Below are positions 1 through 8,224 of a DNA stretch of 64,000 nt, piece after piece. A model generated the notes under the pieces. It ran no database searches. It was not told where the DNA came from and was given only the letters and a program-made list of their open reading frames with translations. This DNA is from Candidatus Latescibacterota bacterium. GTDB taxonomy: Bacteria > Latescibacterota > UBA2968 > GCA-2709665. The stretch lies in assembly GCA_965222075.1 (NCBI GenBank), contig OZ244937.1, forward strand, positions 3,936,001-4,000,000, read 5' to 3'. Within the stretch, counting starts at the first letter, position 1. Each line of letters begins with the position of its first letter. Made by a program: the position numbers and the translations under genes.

Positions 1-61
1 CCATCTCGGCAATTAAGGTATCGAGATCGTCGAGGTATGGGATGAAATTCTTCACGGACAC
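1..61 (-). CDS. 5' end of an unidentified CDS running off the window edge
   Basis: GGAGAG RBS, then GTG at 61 and an open frame (MSVKNFIPYLDDLDTLIAEM) to the edge; AT-rich promoter-like DNA upstream. Confidence 0.4.
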   Translation of the reverse strand, partial: MSVKNFIPYLDDLDTLIAEM

Positions 62-398
62 TACATCTCTCCAACTTGCTCTTAGACCGTCTATTTGAAA
101 CAACCAATACAATATAACTTATTGTAAAATATAGGACAAATAGCAAGTATCGTCAAGCGGTGATCAATCGAGGCCGGACAAGAACCGACAGAACGATTCT
201 CCCAATTATAATATACACCAAGGAGATCAGCACCATTAAAATGAATATGGTGCGAGGAAGCCTCCGCAACCCATACATGGGTTTTCCAGGGGGGGCAAGT
301 AGACAGCGGTCCAGCTCAGCAAGAGCAGAAGTGGCCGTCACGTAAACACTTCCAGCCGAACAACGATCGAACAAACGTCCCGATAAAATGACAGGAAA

Positions 399-1058
399 CT
401 AACCATCCAGCTCAACCGCCCGCCAGAGGTACCAGCTTGCTACGGAGCAATAGGGCCGCCACCGCTGGCCGTAGTCCTGAACTTCAAGCGGGCTGGGCAT
501 GTCCTCCATATCGTACGTCAGCATAAATCCCTTCCGGACCCCCAGATCGTTCACCGGCAGCACATCGGGGCGGCCGAGTTGAAAGATAAGCATCATCTGC
601 ACCGTCCATTCACCCACGCCCCGTACCTGGATCAGTTGCGAGATAATCTCATCGTCGTCCATCGGGTTCAGCTTCCGCCGGGGTGGCACAACACCCTCAA
701 GCGTCTTCAAAGCCAGATCCTTAACCGCAGCCACCTTCGCCCGCGACATCCCCGCCGCGCGCATCGCATCGTCCGGCGTCTTCAGAACCTGCTCGGGCCG
801 GGGAAATCGCCCCCCGGGAAACAGCGCCAGCACCCGGCTGTAAATCGTCCCTGCCGCCTTCCCGGAAAGCTGCTGGTAGATGATAGCCCGCACCAGCGCC
901 TGAAACGGGCTCACCCCTGCCCTCATCTTAAGTGTGAATGGTCCCACACGCTCAATAAGCCGCCCCAGGCGTCTATCCGCCCTGGAAAGCGCATCAACCG
1001 CCACGTCAGGGTCGTAGTCAAGCCCCAAAGATCTCCCCCATTTCCGGCACTCGACCAT
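399..1058 (-). CDS. alkA: DNA-3-methyladenine glycosylase II (AlkA family, HhH-GPD)
   Basis: IIYQQLSGKAA, HhH motif LIQVRGVGEWT, PDVLPVNDLGVRKG, WRPYCSVASWYLW; true start may be TTG at 1028. Confidence 0.9.
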   Translation of the reverse strand: MVECRKWGRSLGLDYDPDVAVDALSRADRRLGRLIERVGPFTLKMRAGVSPFQALVRAIIYQQLSGKAAGTIYSRVLALFPGGRFPRPEQVLKTPDDAMRAAGMSRAKVAAVKDLALKTLEGVVPPRRKLNPMDDDEIISQLIQVRGVGEWTVQMMLIFQLGRPDVLPVNDLGVRKGFMLTYDMEDMPSPLEVQDYGQRWRPYCSVASWYLWRAVELDG

Positions 1059-1834
1059 CAGGCCAGCCCGCTCGGCGCCAGCACCAGCCGCTCCGCATTT
1101 TTATAGGCTACCTGCTCCCGCTCCTCCTCCGTAATCTCCGCCGCCGCCAGCAACGCAGGGAACGCCATCGGCTCGTACAGAGGCGAATCCGTACCAAACA
1201 ACACCCGGTCCGCACCCACCTCGCGCACCACCAAACTGATCATACCCGTCCGAATCGCCCGTGCCGTGCCCATATCCGTATAGAGGTTGCCTGTCTTGCA
1301 ATCCTGCAGCGCATCAATCGCCTCATATGTCTGCCCCGGCTGCCCCGCACCGAAATGCGCTGTAATAATCGTAAGCGTCGGAAACCCTTCGGCCAGCCGC
1401 CGCAGACGGCCGGGCGCTGCGTAAGACTCGTTCTCCCCGTGAGACAGAACCGGCAGCCCGAGAGGCTCCAACTTCTCAAACAACCGGAATGAAGATTTGA
1501 TATCCGCCGGATACTTGTGCTGCACCGGATGGATTTTGAACCCCGCAACTTTCGGATGGTCCTTGAACCGCTCCAACAGCTCCAGCGACTCACGCATCTT
1601 CAACGGATTCAACACCAGCCACACGAGCAGATGATCCAGCTTCTCCGCCTGCTGGATGGTCCACCCATTTCCGTACGTCAACTCCGTAAACAGGGCGGAC
1701 CCGGACGTCACCACCGTCCGCTCGATGCCCGCCCGTTCCTGCAACGCCACAAACCCTTCAGCCGTAAACGTCGTAATCTCATCAAACCACGGCCCCAGGT
1801 GGGCATGAGTATCAATATAACGCATGGAATTCAT
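1058..1834 (-). CDS. amidohydrolase family protein (TIM-barrel metal-dependent hydrolase)
   Basis: IDTHAH, GFKIHP, AHFG and RVLFGTDSP motifs. Confidence 0.85.
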   Translation of the reverse strand: MNSMRYIDTHAHLGPWFDEITTFTAEGFVALQERAGIERTVVTSGSALFTELTYGNGWTIQQAEKLDHLLVWLVLNPLKMRESLELLERFKDHPKVAGFKIHPVQHKYPADIKSSFRLFEKLEPLGLPVLSHGENESYAAPGRLRRLAEGFPTLTIITAHFGAGQPGQTYEAIDALQDCKTGNLYTDMGTARAIRTGMISLVVREVGADRVLFGTDSPLYEPMAFPALLAAAEITEEEREQVAYKNAERLVLAPSGLA

Positions 1835-1852
1835 CCTCCTGTCGATTAGAAT

Positions 1853-3220
1853 TCAGGGAAGGGTGTGGCCGGGCCAATCTTCAATTCCCACTTGCTCCAC
1901 AGCCTTCCCCACCGCATCGACCAACCCGTCCACGTGGCTGTTCTCCATCGGCAGCGACAGCGCGCTCATAAACAGGTCGTTGCTCGGGAAATACCCCTGC
2001 TCCAGCAGCGCCAAGAACACCCGGTGCGTCATCTCCTTGTCTGCGTGGGCAAGGCTGCGGTAGTTCACCAGCGCTTCGCCAGTAAAGTGAACGCTGAACA
2101 GCGACCCCGTGCCCACCGCCTGCGCGGCGATTCCTTTTCCGGCAAACAGATCGTTCAACCCCTCGCGCAGCCGGTCGCCCAGTCTGTTCAAATGCGCGAA
2201 CGCCTCAGGCGTCAACTGCTTCAACGTCGCAAACCCCGCGGCCATCGCAACGGGATGCCCGCTGAACGTGCCGCTCTGGAAGAACCCTGTGCTTTCCTGC
2301 GACGTGTCCAGCAAATCCATAATATCCGCCCGTCCCCCGAACGCCCCCACCGGGAACCCCCCGCCGATCACCTTGCCGTACGTCGTCAGATCAGGCACGA
2401 TCCCGTAATACTCCTGCAGCCCGCCCATCCCCACCCGGAAGCCCACGATCTCATCGAAAATGAGCAGCACATCGTTCCTCCGGGTCATCTCTCTGACGGC
2501 CCGGACAAACATCTCCTGCGGCGGCAGAATGCCTGCCTTGGGGTCGAAAATCACACAGGCCAGCTCATCCCGGTGCCGGGTCACAAGCCGCCCCACAGAA
2601 TCCTCATCGTTATAGGGCAGAACGATCACTTCCCCGGCCGCGTGTGGCGACATCCCCCCCGCCGTAGGCACGGAATGCGGCTCGGTCTCTGGCCCCGCCA
2701 CCTCTACAGGCGGCTCCACGCTCACCTCAACCACATCGTGGCTGCCGTGATACCCGCCCTCGAACTTGGCAATCTTGGGCCGGCCGCTGACCCCTCGCGC
2801 CAGCCGAATGGCGTGCAGCGTTGCCTCCGTACCCGAGTTACAAAACCGGATCCGATCCAGCGACGCCACCCGGCGGCACATCTCCTCGGCCAGTTCCACC
2901 TCGTTGCCTGCCGGCGCGCTCAGCGCAACCCCCCGCGCCATCTGCGCTTCAACCGCCGCCATCACCGCCGGATGCCGGTGGCCCAGAACCAGCGCCGTGT
3001 GGTGGGTGTTGAAGTCCACAAACCGCCGCCCGTCCACATCGTACAGATAACACCCCTCCCCCCGTTCCATCGTCAGCGGATACGGCCTGTAAAAATAGGC
3101 CCCCTTCACCCCACCTGGCATCACCCTCCCCACCCGCTCGAAAGCCGCTTCAGAACGCGGGCTTCCTGCCCGATACAGGTCCTCCAGCGAGACCTCAGGT
3201 TCTGCCGCCGTCTTTTCCAT
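1853..3220 (-). CDS. class III PLP aminotransferase, glutamate-1-semialdehyde aminomutase-like
   Basis: FCNSGTEAT, FEGGYHG, LIFDEIVGFR, TYGKVIGGGFPVGAFGG, SGTFSGHP. Confidence 0.85.
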   Translation of the reverse strand: MEKTAAEPEVSLEDLYRAGSPRSEAAFERVGRVMPGGVKGAYFYRPYPLTMERGEGCYLYDVDGRRFVDFNTHHTALVLGHRHPAVMAAVEAQMARGVALSAPAGNEVELAEEMCRRVASLDRIRFCNSGTEATLHAIRLARGVSGRPKIAKFEGGYHGSHDVVEVSVEPPVEVAGPETEPHSVPTAGGMSPHAAGEVIVLPYNDEDSVGRLVTRHRDELACVIFDPKAGILPPQEMFVRAVREMTRRNDVLLIFDEIVGFRVGMGGLQEYYGIVPDLTTYGKVIGGGFPVGAFGGRADIMDLLDTSQESTGFFQSGTFSGHPVAMAAGFATLKQLTPEAFAHLNRLGDRLREGLNDLFAGKGIAAQAVGTGSLFSVHFTGEALVNYRSLAHADKEMTHRVFLALLEQGYFPSNDLFMSALSLPMENSHVDGLVDAVGKAVEQVGIEDWPGHTLP

Positions 3221-3310
3221 AGGAATTTCCTCAATTCATTGAGAACCGCTCAAAAACAAGGTGCTCGTACAGAGATGCCGATCCCGCTTCATAGTGGTTC
3301 CGTAGCGTTC

Positions 3311-4123
3311 TTAATGCTGGTCCCGCCGGTCCATAACCTCCGTCGCCCGCAATTCGCGGATCAACTCAATCAGCCCCTCGATGGCCGCCTCTAAGAACTT
3401 CTCCCCTTTCTCTCTGCTGGCCTTCGTCGCATCCCCCATCACCCCGCTTGCCGTCTTCGTGCTCCAGTACGGGGTAAAACTCGCGCTTGACCCTTCCGGA
3501 TGCCCCCCCGCAAGCAGGTCGGACTGGAAGCTGTTCGAAAGGGGCGACCGTTCGTCCACCGCCTTGCTCATATCCACCAGATCCGGCTTCAAAGCCAGAT
3601 AGAGAGACGTCTCATACTCTCCCCCGTGCGATGTCCCCCCGTAATCCGACTCTCTCAGTTCCCTGCCCACCTCCTTCACCTTTCGAAGCCCCCAGTGGTT
3701 GACCGACCCACAAAGGATTTTTCCCTCATATTCGATAATCGATAACCGCGCCGCCAGGTCCAGCGGCGACGTATTGCTCCCGTGGCCGTTCACGACCAGA
3801 ATCCGCTTGAACCCGTGGTAGGCGAGGCTGCAGCAGACATCTTTGACGTATCTAATAAAGGTATCCCACGTAATCGTCAGCGTCCCGTGAAAATCCATGT
3901 GGTGCGGACTGTATCCGTGCGGCACCGGCGGGGCCAGAACCGCCTCGGATGGAATCCGCGCCACGGCCCGATCGCAGATCTCCGTACAGAGCACAACATC
4001 CGTATCCACCGGCAGGTGGGGCCCGTGGTCCTCGTAGGTCGCAACCGGAAGCACGGCGACCCGATCCTGCTCGGCCGCCTCCTTGATCTCGTACCAGATC
4101 ATCTCGGCGAAGCGGTGTTTCAT
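3311..4123 (-). CDS. creatininase / creatinine amidohydrolase family protein
   Basis: EDHGPHLPVDTD, NGHGSN, HGGEYETS; start at ATG 4123 after AAGGAG. Confidence 0.9.
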   Translation of the reverse strand: MKHRFAEMIWYEIKEAAEQDRVAVLPVATYEDHGPHLPVDTDVVLCTEICDRAVARIPSEAVLAPPVPHGYSPHHMDFHGTLTITWDTFIRYVKDVCCSLAYHGFKRILVVNGHGSNTSPLDLAARLSIIEYEGKILCGSVNHWGLRKVKEVGRELRESDYGGTSHGGEYETSLYLALKPDLVDMSKAVDERSPLSNSFQSDLLAGGHPEGSSASFTPYWSTKTASGVMGDATKASREKGEKFLEAAIEGLIELIRELRATEVMDRRDQH

Positions 4124-4177
4124 TTCAATCTCCTTTTCTAATTGTTCGCGGTGGTGGTTTGATCCGGACAAACCCCG

Positions 4178-4233
4178 CCTGCCTGTCCGACCTGCCGGCC
4201 GGCAAGGCAGGCCACCCGCTCTGCGGGTGGTCG
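4178..4233. repeat. nested palindromes: a 21-bp CCTGCC...GGCAGG element inside a CGACCACCCGC/GCGGGTGGTCG hairpin
   Basis: removing 4191-4211 leaves the perfect hairpin CGACCACCCGC-TCT-GCGGGTGGTCG; preceded by CCTGCCTG. Confidence 0.7.
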
Positions 4234-4298
4234 TTGATTGGGCTTTTCGGCTCCTTTCCATCACCCTGCATTCTCGGTTCGCTGTCGACGCCTCCCTC

Positions 4299-5051
4299 CT
4301 ATTGTGTCGCCCCAGATGAAAAGATCGGCTTCAAGATATCCACCGTCGCCCCAATCACATCCTGCCCCTTCATCATCTGGCATTTTGCCTCACCAATTCG
4401 TCCGCCAATCACCTGCCCACGTGCGCGCAGCGCCTCATCCATCCTATCAAAAGCCACCGTACTCCCCATCATCGACGTAAGCAGCACCTCGATTTCCCCA
4501 TGCTCGGGATGGTTCAAAATCACCCGCTTGGGATTCTCCGGACTCCAGTGTTTATGCCGGTCCGGATCGCCTGCATAATCCTCTCCGATATGGATGGTGG
4601 AATTCGCCTGATGGTCCACGCCCAGCAACAAAACCCAGCCCCCCCGCTTAGCCAGCCGGTCTACTGCGCAGTCCTTGCCCAGAGCCCCCCGTTCCAGATC
4701 GTCACATACCAGCGCCTCGGCATCCGGCCCGATCACCGTCACCGCATGGGTAGGATGCAGGCTGCGCACCGCCCCGGGAAACCGCCTCGCGGCCTCCGTG
4801 ATCGCCCCGTTCTTGGAGGGCGACTCCAGCGGATCGAAATACTCCGTCCTGCTGTGCGTAAACGTAGGCACCATAAGCGTCCCCTCCAGCCCCAGCACCT
4901 CCAGAAAGGCCTCGACCACTGCCGAAGCCCCGCCCTCCACATATCCCATACTGGAGAGAGAACTGTGAACCATCACCCCGTCCCCCTCTTCCAGCCCCAT
5001 TGCCCTCAGCCCGGCAGCGATATCCTGCCGGGTAACCGTCTTGGATACCAT
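4299..5051 (-). CDS. AAC(3)/YokD family N-acetyltransferase
   Basis: VMVHSSLSSMGYVEGG, GTLMVPTF, RSLHPTH, LLGVDHQANSTIH; start at ATG 5051 after GGAG. Confidence 0.85.
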   Translation of the reverse strand: MVSKTVTRQDIAAGLRAMGLEEGDGVMVHSSLSSMGYVEGGASAVVEAFLEVLGLEGTLMVPTFTHSRTEYFDPLESPSKNGAITEAARRFPGAVRSLHPTHAVTVIGPDAEALVCDDLERGALGKDCAVDRLAKRGGWVLLLGVDHQANSTIHIGEDYAGDPDRHKHWSPENPKRVILNHPEHGEIEVLLTSMMGSTVAFDRMDEALRARGQVIGGRIGEAKCQMMKGQDVIGATVDILKPIFSSGATQ

Positions 5052-5097
5052 ACCCGATCTCCAATCAACTCCAATCGCCCCAGCCGTGACTATTCTT

Positions 5098-6567
5098 TCA
5101 GATCTCTTCAAACGGATACAACGGCCGCCGCCGGTGCCGATACGTAAGACTTCGCATATCGGCCGTGGTAGACCCCGGCGAATTCACCCGGATCAACGCA
5201 TTGCACACAGGCCCATACGCCGCAACCGGCGCGTGTACCCCCTTGGCCACCAGAACCTGGAACGCCGCCGGGTCCAGATCACAACTGATCATCAGCCCCA
5301 GGCTCACCGGCACCACCCGGCGTGACGTCAGACTGAAACTCAGCCCGGAATCCGTCTCAACAACGGCGGTCGGCCCCATATCGAACGCCGTCATTCCTCC
5401 GTGCCGCACCTCCGGCTCCCGGAACCGCCCGTCGTGCAGGCTGCGCACCTTCACCATAGCCTCCAGGGGCGGACCGTGCAAATCGTCCGTCTTCCCACCC
5501 ATCCTGAGCGCAACCCGGGCGCCTACACCCGCGACCCTTGCCTGCTGAACCGACTCGGCATCGAGCAAACAGACAAACCCCCGAATCCCACTGCGCCGGT
5601 GCATTTCGTGGGCGATCAGGGTACCGTCCGCTGCCGATCCTCCGCCCACGTTGTCTCCCATATCCAGCAGACAAACCGGCCCCTCCACCCGAAGCGCCTG
5701 GTCGACCGCCTCGGCAATCCCTGTGAACTGCCCTACGAATTCCTCGCGGTGGTCGCACAAATACCCGGCCATCTCATCAACCATCTGCCTGGCCAGTTCC
5801 GGATCGTCGTCCGTCACCCCAATCAGCGCCGACCCCATCTCCCCAACATCGGCATAGGGAAACCCCAGCACAACGCTGTTGGACAGAACGCCTGGTCGCG
5901 ACAGCCATTCGTCTGCCAACTCGTACATCGGCAGACAGGGCGGAGCCGAGGTCAACTGCCGCTCGATATTAATCGCAATAGGGGGAAAGGCGGCCGCCTG
6001 CACGGGTTTGATCTCGCCCCGAAGCGTCCGGACCATAATCCGGGCGGCCTCGATCCCGCGCTGTTTCTGGTCTAAGTGCGGATTGGACCGGTACGCGATC
6101 GTCGCATCGCACGCCTCGATCATGCGGGGTGACAGGTTGGCATGCGGGTCAATCGTGCAGATAATCGGCACGTCGAATCCAACCGTCCGACGCAAACGTG
6201 TCAGCCAGTACCCGTCCAGATCTCGATAGTCACCCTCCCCCACGTTCGCCCCATGCGGAGCCACCAGCACACCGTCCAGCCTCCCGGCCTCTTCGAGATT
6301 TGAAAACATGATGCGCATCAACGCATCGCAGGCCGCGTCCGTAATCGTCCCTGACGGCGCGGTGGAGGCATAGAAGATCGGCACGGCCTCGACCCCGGCC
6401 TCGTCCAGCTCCTGGAAAAAGCCGCTCACCTCGTGGTGCCCCTCCGCAAAAGCCTCATAAACCTCCTGCCCGCTTAGCAGATAACTTGCCCGGAACATAT
6501 CCAGAACCGTCGGCGTGCTGATAAAGGTATTGGATTCATGGATCAGCGAGATAATCCCAACACGCAT
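5098..6567 (-). CDS. M81 family metallopeptidase (MlrC-like)
   Basis: HESNTF, APHGA, DPHAN, YRSNPHLD, DMGDNVGGGS. Confidence 0.9.
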   Translation of the reverse strand: MRVGIISLIHESNTFISTPTVLDMFRASYLLSGQEVYEAFAEGHHEVSGFFQELDEAGVEAVPIFYASTAPSGTITDAACDALMRIMFSNLEEAGRLDGVLVAPHGANVGEGDYRDLDGYWLTRLRRTVGFDVPIICTIDPHANLSPRMIEACDATIAYRSNPHLDQKQRGIEAARIMVRTLRGEIKPVQAAAFPPIAINIERQLTSAPPCLPMYELADEWLSRPGVLSNSVVLGFPYADVGEMGSALIGVTDDDPELARQMVDEMAGYLCDHREEFVGQFTGIAEAVDQALRVEGPVCLLDMGDNVGGGSAADGTLIAHEMHRRSGIRGFVCLLDAESVQQARVAGVGARVALRMGGKTDDLHGPPLEAMVKVRSLHDGRFREPEVRHGGMTAFDMGPTAVVETDSGLSFSLTSRRVVPVSLGLMISCDLDPAAFQVLVAKGVHAPVAAYGPVCNALIRVNSPGSTTADMRSLTYRHRRRPLYPFEEI

Positions 6568-6611
6568 GGCTCAACTCCATTGCAGATATGACTTCCTGAC
6601 ATCACAGGATC

Positions 6612-6917
6612 TCATCCTTCAAGACGCTTGGTTAACACGGAACAAAACTCACCCATTTCTTCATACCCCATATCAAAATAAATCGAACTGGCCGGGACAT
6701 TTCGGAGCCCGACTGAAATCAGGCTCTCAACCGCCCCCATCTCTTTGACATCCTTATGCCCACAGATTTACCAGAACCTTTCCGATCCCTCTCTTCCGGT
6801 AGGCCGGATCAACGCCCGGGCTAAAACCGGTCCTTCCATTTTTTGTCACCGTAACATATCCAACAAATCCAACGACCCGCTCCTGATCTACATCTACCGC
6901 AAGGATGACCGGCCAGC
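6612..6917 (-). pseudogene. GNAT acetyltransferase relic (5'-truncated, frameshifted)
   Basis: GVDPAYRKRGIGKVLVNLWA (motif A), then a 1-nt frameshift at ~6756 to KDVKEMGAVESLISVGLRNVPASSIYFDMGY (motif B). Confidence 0.75.
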
Positions 6918-6923
6918 ATGAAA

Positions 6924-8192
6924 TCACTCAATATACCCCAGGCTCCTCAGCCGGTCCTCCAGAACTTCTTTCTCCCTGGCGGTAACCTCCTGAGCCTGAA
7001 GGTCCAGGTAGCCGGAATGGTTCACAATATCGTGGTAAATGGCCCTGAAGGGCCGGGGATCTTCACACCGCACATCCTCGCCGCTCATCACATCGCGCAG
7101 CACGAAATCCCCGGTCTTCTCATCCTCCCGGTATAACCTCTGCCCGTCTGTAATCGTCCACATCCGGACCCCTTCAGAATACCTCTTGATCTCCTCATGA
7201 TCCACCGATACCCTGGACGTGACGCGGTTGTGCTTGAGCTGGAGGTTCTCCTGCTTGAGAAAGCCGGTCCCGTACAGACTGTCCAACTCGGACAATACCC
7301 AGCGGCCTTCAAACGCCTCCGCACCCCCCAGCAGATCCCGCCCATACCCTCTGTAATCCACCTCAAGCCCGGCCAGGTTCACAATCGTTGGAAACAGGTC
7401 GATTATCGAAAAAGGGCCGTCGGGGAACACCAGGCCCTCACGCTCGGGAATGTGGGCCAGGAGCGGGACATGCAGCACATTCTGGTGCAGAAAATCCCCA
7501 TGCGCCATCACCTCATCACAAAACCCCTCACCATGGTCTCCAAAGACAAACACCGCCCACTCATCTAACCCAACCCGCTTCAAAATTTCTACCAGAAGAA
7601 ACTCCTGCACGTGAACCACGGCAGCGTAGTAAAACCGCAGCACCTCCTCAACGCGCCCCTCATCCACCATCCCCTTTAAACTGGGCGCAGACGGAATCCC
7701 GCGCATCCCGTAGCCGCCGTGCGGATACCAGAAGTGCAGAAAGCAGAACTGAGGCGTGTCTTCGGGTGGAAACACCGTCCCGATCAGCTTCTCGAGCGAC
7801 CCGAGGTGTTGGTCCCGAACATCCGGATCGATCGGTCCGATGAAAGGCTCAAAATCCAAAAACCGAAACACATCCGGCCGCTCCGACCTCCCGGTAACGC
7901 AATAGCCCGCCTCCAGGAAAAGTTGAAACAGGTTGGGAATACCCTCAAACATCTTGAGGTACGTCTGCCCGTAAAGACCGTGTTCAAACGGGTACAGTCC
8001 GGTGAAAAGCGACGTGTGGGTCGGCCGTGTCGCGGGCGCCGGCACAAAAAAACGTTCGGCAAACGAGAAATCTTTCGTCAGCAGATCGAACTTCGGCGTA
8101 TTGAACCTCGGATTCGTCCTGCTCAGCGCATCGTACCGCCAGGTATCGATAGAAAGCAGCAGAAATTTGGTAATCTGACGCCCCACGTTCAC
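6924..8192 (-). CDS. sulfatase-like / alkaline phosphatase superfamily protein
   Basis: LLSIDTWRYD, TRPTHTSLFTGLYP, GDHGE, HVPL, C-terminal RLRSLGYIE. Confidence 0.85.
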   Translation of the reverse strand: MNVGRQITKFLLLSIDTWRYDALSRTNPRFNTPKFDLLTKDFSFAERFFVPAPATRPTHTSLFTGLYPFEHGLYGQTYLKMFEGIPNLFQLFLEAGYCVTGRSERPDVFRFLDFEPFIGPIDPDVRDQHLGSLEKLIGTVFPPEDTPQFCFLHFWYPHGGYGMRGIPSAPSLKGMVDEGRVEEVLRFYYAAVVHVQEFLLVEILKRVGLDEWAVFVFGDHGEGFCDEVMAHGDFLHQNVLHVPLLAHIPEREGLVFPDGPFSIIDLFPTIVNLAGLEVDYRGYGRDLLGGAEAFEGRWVLSELDSLYGTGFLKQENLQLKHNRVTSRVSVDHEEIKRYSEGVRMWTITDGQRLYREDEKTGDFVLRDVMSGEDVRCEDPRPFRAIYHDIVNHSGYLDLQAQEVTAREKEVLEDRLRSLGYIE

Positions 8193-8224
8193 CCCCCACC
8201 GTTTGACACAGTCGCACCCACCTC

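Noticed and set aside
4299-5051. Aminoglycoside resistance gene
   Set aside because: AAC(3)/YokD-family membership alone does not imply resistance, and the context is a chromosomal catabolic cluster
6700-6835. REP-like palindromes (GAGCCCGACTGAAATCAGGCTC; GTAGGCCGGATC)
   Set aside because: They lie within the reading frame of the GNAT relic and are explained as coding sequence
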